Of a DNA stretch of 64,000 nt, positions 57,240-64,000 are shown piece by piece. The notes under the pieces are model-generated. The model was given only the letters and a program-made list of their open reading frames with translations, made no database searches and was not told where the DNA came from. The translations under genes and the position numbers were made by a program. This DNA is from Treponema sp. (GTDB taxonomy: Bacteria > Spirochaetota > Spirochaetia > Treponematales > Treponemataceae), in NCBI GenBank assembly GCA_052173475.1, contig JBQMYN010000002.1, positions 9,406 to 73,405 of the forward strand, written 5' to 3'. Position 1 is the first letter of the stretch; the number at the start of each line of letters is the position of its first letter.

Positions 57240-59275
57240 TGCCTATGGATAGGAAAGCGTATCTTGAATGGCAGGAAGCTCTCTTGCGGCTGCCGGATCA
57301 GATTTTTTTTGATTTATTGCGGCTCTATCTTGGAGATATAAAAACTCCATTTAATAAACAGCGGCTTGCAGAGCAATTAAGCGGCTTTCTGTCAAAGCCC
57401 CGCATACAGCAGACAATTATCGGCAGCCTTACGGAGCAGGATATCCTTATTTTAACCGGAATCCTTTTTTTAACAGTGCCTTCAAAAAATGCGCTTTTGC
57501 ATTTTTTCTCAGACGAACTTGCAGTTGCCCCGCAGCTCTTTAATTTGGAGGAGCGGCTGCTGATTTATCAGGTGCAAAGCAGCACTGATGCGGGAATACG
57601 CATCTACAAGATAAATCCGTTACTGTATGATGCCGTTTTGCCGCTTTTAAATCAAAATACGCTTTTTTTGCCTGAGCAAGGAGCGGGACTGTGCAAAACA
57701 ATGACTACTGCCGATGATATGCTGCTGGCAGGTGTGTATTGTTTTTTTAGCCATACAACTGATGTATTGAAAAAAGACGGCTCGTTTAAGCAGAAAGCGG
57801 CAAAAGCACTGGATGAAATTTTTCCTTCATTCGGTACTGATTCAGCTGCTGTATGGGTGCGGTTTGTTTGTACAGGCTTACAAAATATCGGGCTGCTTTT
57901 GCAAAATGAATCTGATCTTGTGCCGCAAGAAGGACGCTGGATTGAATTTTTTAAGCTGCCGTCTTTTGATAGGAAAATGTATATAGCGGCAGGTGTATGC
58001 GGTAAGGTACGCCGTGAAATACTCATTCAGCGGGCAAAATTGTTCTCCTGCTTTTTATCCTCGCTCGATCCTGCTGCGCGATATACGCTTGGCGCACTAT
58101 CCCGCTTATATTATTTTGTGCAGCAGCAGCTGTGCCGGAAAAATCATACGCATACATCATATCTTGCGTTTGACTGTACTGACCGTTCACTAAATGAGCT
58201 GGTTATCACTGTTGCGCAGCAGTTGGGTTTTTTACAGCCGGTTGGCTCAGATTGCTGGCAGATAAATACCGAGGTTTTTTCTGAAGAGGCACTTGAACAA
58301 AATGTGATTATTTCACCTTCATTTGAAGTAACGGTACTGCCTCATACCTCATTTACACATCTTTTTCCGGCACTTTCCTGCTGTGAGCCGCGCTCTATGC
58401 AAGAAACCGGTATTTTTGAAATAACACGCACTGCCTGTGCGCATTGTTTTGAAAAAAATAGTACTGCGCAGCTGTTGCTGGAAGCACTTAAAACTGCTGT
58501 TGCCCATGAACTGCCGCAAAATATCATCGTAAGTATTACAGAATGGTACACACACTATACGGCGATTGGATTGTATCATGGTTTTATCCTTGCCGTATCG
58601 CCTGAAAAAAGGACGATATTTACGAAAAATACAGCACTGTACAGTATGGTCTATAAAGAGCTGGCGGAGGGACTATATCTGATGAAAGATACGGATCCTG
58701 CTGTAATCCGTAAAATGCTTCAGGATGCAGGCTGCGAGGTTACGTGGTATACAAAAGAACATTTGCAGCTGTACACCCCAATCCCATTTAAAACCATTGG
58801 ACAAAACAGTATACTACGATGCAGTGCTGAATCTGCCGTACATAAGGCGGGTTCTGGTGCAGATGAACTTTCTTATGCGGAGCATCAGCACCGGCTGGAG
58901 GCACTGCTTGAGAATTTAGCATTTTCGGCGGAGGATAAACGGATTTTACATGAAAAGATCCGGAAAAAGCTTATTATTTGTGAAGAACAATTATCGAAAA
59001 CATCGCTTGCAGGAGAAATTCATGAAGTTTCAGGCTTAGACTTTTTAGGAAAAATTCATCTGGCAGAGCAGGCTATTGCTGAGCATAATCTGCTTGAAAT
59101 CTATTTTGATGAATCAAGCAAATCTCCCATGATCGGAGGTTTGCCGATACGTATTGAAAAAACCGCACAAGATGCGGTACTGCTGCTGCAAACACAGCAG
59201 GCTGGAATATATGAAAAAATTCCTATCGGTCGCATTATGCGTATGATAATGATAAAAGAATCGCTTTTTTCCTAA
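57239..59275 (+). CDS. Protein with an XPB/Ssl2-type helicase-associated domain
   Basis: IISPSFEV...FEITRTA...ELPQNIIVSITEW resembles Helicase_C_3; no Walker motifs seen. Confidence 0.65.
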   Translation: MPMDRKAYLEWQEALLRLPDQIFFDLLRLYLGDIKTPFNKQRLAEQLSGFLSKPRIQQTIIGSLTEQDILILTGILFLTVPSKNALLHFFSDELAVAPQLFNLEERLLIYQVQSSTDAGIRIYKINPLLYDAVLPLLNQNTLFLPEQGAGLCKTMTTADDMLLAGVYCFFSHTTDVLKKDGSFKQKAAKALDEIFPSFGTDSAAVWVRFVCTGLQNIGLLLQNESDLVPQEGRWIEFFKLPSFDRKMYIAAGVCGKVRREILIQRAKLFSCFLSSLDPAARYTLGALSRLYYFVQQQLCRKNHTHTSYLAFDCTDRSLNELVITVAQQLGFLQPVGSDCWQINTEVFSEEALEQNVIISPSFEVTVLPHTSFTHLFPALSCCEPRSMQETGIFEITRTACAHCFEKNSTAQLLLEALKTAVAHELPQNIIVSITEWYTHYTAIGLYHGFILAVSPEKRTIFTKNTALYSMVYKELAEGLYLMKDTDPAVIRKMLQDAGCEVTWYTKEHLQLYTPIPFKTIGQNSILRCSAESAVHKAGSGADELSYAEHQHRLEALLENLAFSAEDKRILHEKIRKKLIICEEQLSKTSLAGEIHEVSGLDFLGKIHLAEQAIAEHNLLEIYFDESSKSPMIGGLPIRIEKTAQDAVLLLQTQQAGIYEKIPIGRIMRMIMIKESLFS

Positions 59276-59311
59276 TGATTCTTTTTTCAGAATAGTATAG
59301 TATGCTATAAT

Positions 59312-59398
59312 AAACCTGTTCGGGTACTTCCGTTTCAGAACAGGCTGCAGGATGTGATGTTCAAAGCCGTGCTATGTGCGCGATTTTAAACTCGCCGC
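59312..59398 (+). repeat. Family B element (partial)
   Basis: CCTGTTCGG..GAACAGG hairpin plus ATGTGATGTTCAAA..TTTTAAACTCGCC. Confidence 0.75.
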
Positions 59399-59460
59399 GG
59401 GGCTGGGGGATGTCCCAAAAGCTGCGTGCTTTTTCGATACCCCCTCATGCTGATATAAAA

Positions 59461-59621
59461 GGGAACCTCTAAAAACTTCAGTTTTTTAGAGGTTTTCCTT
59501 AGATTTATTTGCGACGTATTTTTTATAAATTATAACAGTATAAGAATTTATAAAAAATACTCGTTGTCAGCTGTGCTGATGAGGCATCTTCTAAAAGCTA
59601 ACCGAGTTTTTAGAGATGTCC
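59461..59621 (+). repeat. Composite palindromic repeat element, family A (full, about 160 bp)
   Basis: Four hairpins, collinear with 40554-40710. Confidence 0.9.
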
Positions 59622-59722
59622 AAAAGCTGCTATTTTGCTTCAGGCTGAATAACTCGTATATGCTTATTTGAGTTGTAAAATGTTTCTAGGAGGGTTGTAA
59701 ATTAATTTTTACTGCATACATT

Positions 59723-60352
59723 ATGGAAAAACCGTTTATACTTTCTCCATCCCTATTAAGTGCTGATTTTTCAAAATTACAGAGTGAATTAGACTTTATT
59801 CGGAATGCCGGCGGTCAGTGGGTACATTTGGATATTATGGATGGACATTTTGTCCCAAACTTAACATTTGGAGCACCTGTGATCAAAACCTTACGGAATA
59901 AGTCAGATTTACCGTTTGATGTACACCTTATGGTTGAACGGCCTGAAGATTTTGTAGACGATTTTGCTGCGGCAGGTGCTGATTATCTAACATTTCATAT
60001 TGAATCAGCTGTGCATGCGCACCGTTTAATCGGCAGAATCCATGAAAAAGGCATGAAAGCAGGTATTGCACTGGTGCCTTCAACACCGGTTATGCTTCTT
60101 TCGGAGGTACTGCCGCTTATTGATTTAGTGCTGGTTATGTCGGTTAATCCCGGTTTCGGCGGGCAAACGCTTATTCCGCACTGCTTAGAAAAAATTACGC
60201 TGTTAAAAACCTTACGGGAGCAGCATAGTTATACGTATCTTATTTCCGTTGACGGCGGTATCAATAAACAAACGCTGCCCAATGCGGTTACAGCCGGTGC
60301 TGATGTAATTGTTTCAGGATCGGCATTCTTTTCCGGAGAGATGACAAAATGA
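59723..60352 (+). CDS. rpe: Ribulose-phosphate 3-epimerase
   Basis: SPSLLSADF, HLDIMDGHFVPNLTFG, MSVNPGFGGQ, VDGGI. Confidence 0.98.
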   Translation: MEKPFILSPSLLSADFSKLQSELDFIRNAGGQWVHLDIMDGHFVPNLTFGAPVIKTLRNKSDLPFDVHLMVERPEDFVDDFAAAGADYLTFHIESAVHAHRLIGRIHEKGMKAGIALVPSTPVMLLSEVLPLIDLVLVMSVNPGFGGQTLIPHCLEKITLLKTLREQHSYTYLISVDGGINKQTLPNAVTAGADVIVSGSAFFSGEMTK

Positions 60353-61209
60353 AAAAACAATTGTACAGCCTTTTTTTCTGCCTTAGTTTAGTGTGCCCTC
60401 TTATTGCTTCATCAAACGATGATTTACTCAACGGACTTGACGCGTATATACGTTCCGATTGGGCATCTGCGATTACCTCATTTGAGCATGCACTGCATGC
60501 TATGCCGTCAGAAAAAAAGGAAATTCTTTACTGGCTGGTGATGACGCATACCTCTGCCCATAATTATGACACTGCGCTTGGGTATGCTGATGCTTTTTTA
60601 TCTGCATATCCTGCTGATGAAAACGCAGCGGAGGTATTATATCAAAAAGGGCGTATACTGCACCTGTACGACCGCTATGCATATTCAAATGACATACTGT
60701 TCCGCTTTTTGAAAGAAGTACCGGAACATCCGAAAGTGCCTTCGGCATACTACTGGATAGGAGAAAATTTATATGCCGAACAAAAATTGCCCGCTGCCCG
60801 CGAGGCGTTTTTAAGGATTACCATTGATTATCCTGAATCCGGAAAACTACAAGCAGCACAGCAGCGTCTTGATGAAATTGATGCTATACAGTCTCAAACA
60901 AACGTATCAGGGGAAGCTGCTGAAGTGCCTGCAATGGAACCGATCGCGTCGGAGTCGCCGTCTATGCCGCCCGCTGCTGACGATACAGATATGTATGAGG
61001 TTTTGTACAATAAAATTGAAACACTTGAGTATAAAATCGATCAGCTCACTGAAGCTTTTTTGCATTACACTAAAACGCAAGATACGTCAGCCACTGATTC
61101 AGAGGAAAACAGAAAACAAAAAGAACTAGCTGCTCTTAAAGAAAAAGCCCGCATCTTGGAGGAACTCTATGAAAAGCGGGTAAAAGGAGAAAAAACGCAT
61201 GAAAAATAA
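60349..61209 (+). CDS. Exported TPR protein (CpoB/YbgF-like)
   Basis: Signal peptide; PEHPKVPSAYYWIGE..DYPES TPR pattern; coiled-coil tail. Confidence 0.75.
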   Translation: MKKQLYSLFFCLSLVCPLIASSNDDLLNGLDAYIRSDWASAITSFEHALHAMPSEKKEILYWLVMTHTSAHNYDTALGYADAFLSAYPADENAAEVLYQKGRILHLYDRYAYSNDILFRFLKEVPEHPKVPSAYYWIGENLYAEQKLPAAREAFLRITIDYPESGKLQAAQQRLDEIDAIQSQTNVSGEAAEVPAMEPIASESPSMPPAADDTDMYEVLYNKIETLEYKIDQLTEAFLHYTKTQDTSATDSEENRKQKELAALKEKARILEELYEKRVKGEKTHEK

Positions 61210-62464
61210 AAAAATATTTATAGCGGTATGCAGCTTATTCTGTATTCTGTGGTCAGCATTTACTGATTCAGAACCGGTTGAACTCGTATCTGACCCATTG
61301 AAACTCGTTATTTATCCTAAAACCGGCAATTTTTGTGTGTACCGCACGGATGCTTCCCGATCGGGGTTTTATACTCCTTTGTATGATGATAGAACACAGT
61401 CGTCGCTGAATGTATATTCATTGCTGTTTAACGGGCATATATATCATCTTAATAATAGAAGCGGTAAAAAAATTATTATAGAACAGGCAAAAAGCTCTAT
61501 AACGGTAACTTTTCAAATCAGTTTGGATTTTATTGCCGTACAGCATTTTTCATTTGAGAAAACAAATGGTCTTACTACCGGTCCAATGCTGAAAGTTGTT
61601 ACCGAGGTACAAAATATTTCCGGGGCTGTTGCTGATATTGCTTTGAAAGCAGTTTTTGATACCTCATTTGCTGAAACATACCGTATTCCGTTTTACACTG
61701 ATATTCGTACTGAAATAGGTAGTGAGCTGCTTTTACAGCCGGCACTTGAAAAAGATACCGTTATTTTTTCAGCCGATAAAGGCTGCTCTACGATGTTTTT
61801 TTTGAAAGGAGTACACCAAACTACGCCTGTTTCCGTATTTATTGCGAATTGGGAACGGCTGATTACAAAAACATGGCTGCCGTCCTATGTGCAGGGGCGT
61901 TCATTTAAAAAAGCGAGTGCCCGAGATCCCGGTATTCTGTATGTATGGTCAGAGCGGAAAGTAGCAAATAAGCAGTTCTTTTCTATCTCTAACTGTATTG
62001 GTTTTTATGACTACCGTTCATATCGTGCGCCGTCTGTGCCTACTGTCTATACGTCGCATACCAATGAAGCTGCCGGAACTAGTGATGAGACGCATGCAGA
62101 TCGCATGCAGGAAGACGGCACACCGCTTTCAGCGCTGGAGAATGCCGCATCTGATACGGTTATGCCGGCGGCTTCTTCCCTTGATAATTCGGTACAAGAT
62201 ACTCAGCTTCAAAAAGAATCTCCCAAAGAACCTGTCATGGAGGAACAGAATGCAGCTGAAAGTACTGCGGATATGGAAAAACATGATGCAGATGAAGCTC
62301 ATGCAGATATGGAAAGACAGAAGGCTCAGTCTTATGAAAAGATAGAAAAACTCCTTGAGCAAATAAAACAGCTTGAACAGAATCCTTCTGAGGTCTCTCA
62401 GGAAGAAATTCATGCATTGCAAGAAGAAGTTGATGCTATCATACAGATATTACAGGAAGAATAA
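61199..62464 (+). CDS. Exported hypothetical protein
   Basis: 421-aa ORF with a signal peptide and acidic C-terminus; overlaps the upstream gene. Confidence 0.7.
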   Translation: MKNKKIFIAVCSLFCILWSAFTDSEPVELVSDPLKLVIYPKTGNFCVYRTDASRSGFYTPLYDDRTQSSLNVYSLLFNGHIYHLNNRSGKKIIIEQAKSSITVTFQISLDFIAVQHFSFEKTNGLTTGPMLKVVTEVQNISGAVADIALKAVFDTSFAETYRIPFYTDIRTEIGSELLLQPALEKDTVIFSADKGCSTMFFLKGVHQTTPVSVFIANWERLITKTWLPSYVQGRSFKKASARDPGILYVWSERKVANKQFFSISNCIGFYDYRSYRAPSVPTVYTSHTNEAAGTSDETHADRMQEDGTPLSALENAASDTVMPAASSLDNSVQDTQLQKESPKEPVMEEQNAAESTADMEKHDADEAHADMERQKAQSYEKIEKLLEQIKQLEQNPSEVSQEEIHALQEEVDAIIQILQEE

Positions 62465-63609
62465 TGCCGGTTTCTATTCTTGATCAAGCAAAGGCACTCT
62501 TTGCAAAGCAGCGTTATCAAGATGTTATCCGGTTATTGGAACCGCATGTTATCCAGTATGCTGCCGGTGCTGATAATCGTGACGCATCGTATAATGCTGC
62601 ATTTAATAAGTCTTTTCCGTTTTACCTTTATCTCGGTCTTTCATGTCTTCACGCGGGCGATATAGGCGGTGCTATCGACTATTTAACCTGTGCGCGCCGT
62701 ATTAAAATGACTGATCCTGATTTATTGTGCGCACAAGCGGCACTGTATCTGCGGCGAGGAGATACAGCACGGGCTGTTGAATATTACTTAGAAGCAGTTG
62801 AATACAGTCCTAACCATAAACTTGCACGCATGGGGCTTGAATTTATACGTGTTAATAATACGCCTGAAAAAATAGGGGATGCCATTCAGTCGGGAGTAAT
62901 AAAAAAATATTATCCGCGTCCTGGAGTCAGTGCATATTACCGTAAGAAAACGATTACTGCAGCAGTTATTTGCGGAACGCTGCTTGTAGCGGTATTAACC
63001 GGTTGGATGTTTATCCGTTTACCGCTGCATTTGCGGGCGCAGCGGGCAGATTTGTCGGCACTTCAGCTGTTAACCGACGAAAAAAACCGTCCAATCGAGA
63101 CTGGCGGCGTTGCATACTATACGTTATCTGAAAAAGAAGTGCTGGGCGCATATCATAATGCACAAAAGTATTTTCAAGAATCGCGTGATAATTTAGCTCA
63201 AATTGAAGTAAACCGTATTTTATCTTCAAACGCTGCTCACTCGATAAAGCAAAAATCTCGTATTCTGATGGATTATTTTAGTACACCGGGGTTTGATACT
63301 ATTAAAGATATTGTGCCATATTCCCGTGTTAAAGCTGATATTCCGTTGTACCTTGACTGCTGGACAGTGTGGTCAGGCATTGCAGCAAATATACAAAAAG
63401 ACGGCGAGCGGACGGGCTTTGATCTTATGGTTGGCTATGATGATCGTATTCAGCTTGAAGGTATTGTACCGGTGTTTTGTAATTTTTCTGTTGAAATTGA
63501 CCCAGAACGGCCGATAAAAGTATTAGGGAAGATTCAGCAGCATGGCGGAAATCTTTTTTTAAAAGCAGGCAGTATTCATCAAAGTAAAGTGCCTGTAAAT
63601 AAAAAGTAG
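62464..63609 (+). CDS. TPR-containing membrane protein
   Basis: N-terminal TPRs (YLGLSCLHAGDIGGA..), one TM helix, C-terminal domain. Confidence 0.75.
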   Translation: MPVSILDQAKALFAKQRYQDVIRLLEPHVIQYAAGADNRDASYNAAFNKSFPFYLYLGLSCLHAGDIGGAIDYLTCARRIKMTDPDLLCAQAALYLRRGDTARAVEYYLEAVEYSPNHKLARMGLEFIRVNNTPEKIGDAIQSGVIKKYYPRPGVSAYYRKKTITAAVICGTLLVAVLTGWMFIRLPLHLRAQRADLSALQLLTDEKNRPIETGGVAYYTLSEKEVLGAYHNAQKYFQESRDNLAQIEVNRILSSNAAHSIKQKSRILMDYFSTPGFDTIKDIVPYSRVKADIPLYLDCWTVWSGIAANIQKDGERTGFDLMVGYDDRIQLEGIVPVFCNFSVEIDPERPIKVLGKIQQHGGNLFLKAGSIHQSKVPVNKK

Positions 63610-63617
63610 AAGGATCA

Positions 63618-64000
63618 ATGCACCTGATGAAAAAGACACGGCAGATACAAATCGGCGGGAAAGGTTCAGTTCGTCCGCTCATACTTGGAAGCGGCTGTCC
63701 GATTGCAATTCAAACGATGTGGAAACAGCCGCTGTATGCTGATTCTCTTGCCCACATTGTGCAGGAAATAGCTGTTTTGGAACAAATCGGCTGTGATATT
63801 ATGCGCTTTGCAGTGCCGGATATGGCGAGTGCTGATGTATTTGTTGAGCTTACCCGCCTTTGTTCTATGCCGCTTGTTGCTGATATTCACTTTGATTACC
63901 GGCTTGCACTCCGCTGTATGGATGGAAATGCCGCTAAGATACGCATTAATCCGGGGAATATCGGTACTCAAGAAAGAGTTGAGGCAGTAGTTGAAAAGGC
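63618..64000 (+). CDS. ispG: (E)-4-hydroxy-3-methylbut-2-enyl-diphosphate synthase, partial
   Basis: Manual translation: PIAIQTMWK, GCDIMRFAVP, PLVADIHFDYRLAL, KIRINPGNIG; open at the window end. Confidence 0.96.
   Translation, partial: MHLMKKTRQIQIGGKGSVRPLILGSGCPIAIQTMWKQPLYADSLAHIVQEIAVLEQIGCDIMRFAVPDMASADVFVELTRLCSMPLVADIHFDYRLALRCMDGNAAKIRINPGNIGTQERVEAVVEK

Noticed and set aside
13645..59621. Palindromic repeats as a CRISPR array
   Set aside because: The copies are dispersed and degenerate, with no regular repeat-spacer period and no cas genes.

Overview
A 64 kb piece of a Treponema-like spirochaete chromosome, judged from flaB1-flaB3-flaG-fliD synteny, Treponema-type chemoreceptors, PPi-PFK and archaeal-type cmk/pyrH. 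Most of it is housekeeping: mnmA, mutY, cmk, murC, rpsB-tsf-frr-uppS-cdsA-dxr-rseP, xseB-mutL, murA, the flagellar filament cluster, pfp, murB, cysS, an ECF sigma/anti-sigma pair, pyrH, infA, dksA, rpe and partial ispG. An accessory patch at about 8.1-14.3 kb, between murC and tRNA-Met, holds several unusual items. These are a RelE-type toxin-antitoxin pair followed by an attC-like site (orphan integron cassette), an internally deleted IS982-like element, and an FGE/CLec-fold gene whose 3' end looks like a DGR variable region, with no RT or template repeat in the window. The patch also has two long poly-G tracts and chemoreceptor remnants. Intergenic regions across the window carry a modular family of palindromic repeats whose central hairpins keep pairing while changing sequence. 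flaG is split by a frameshift at an A8 run. All calls come from reading the sequence and ORF track; no database searches were run.
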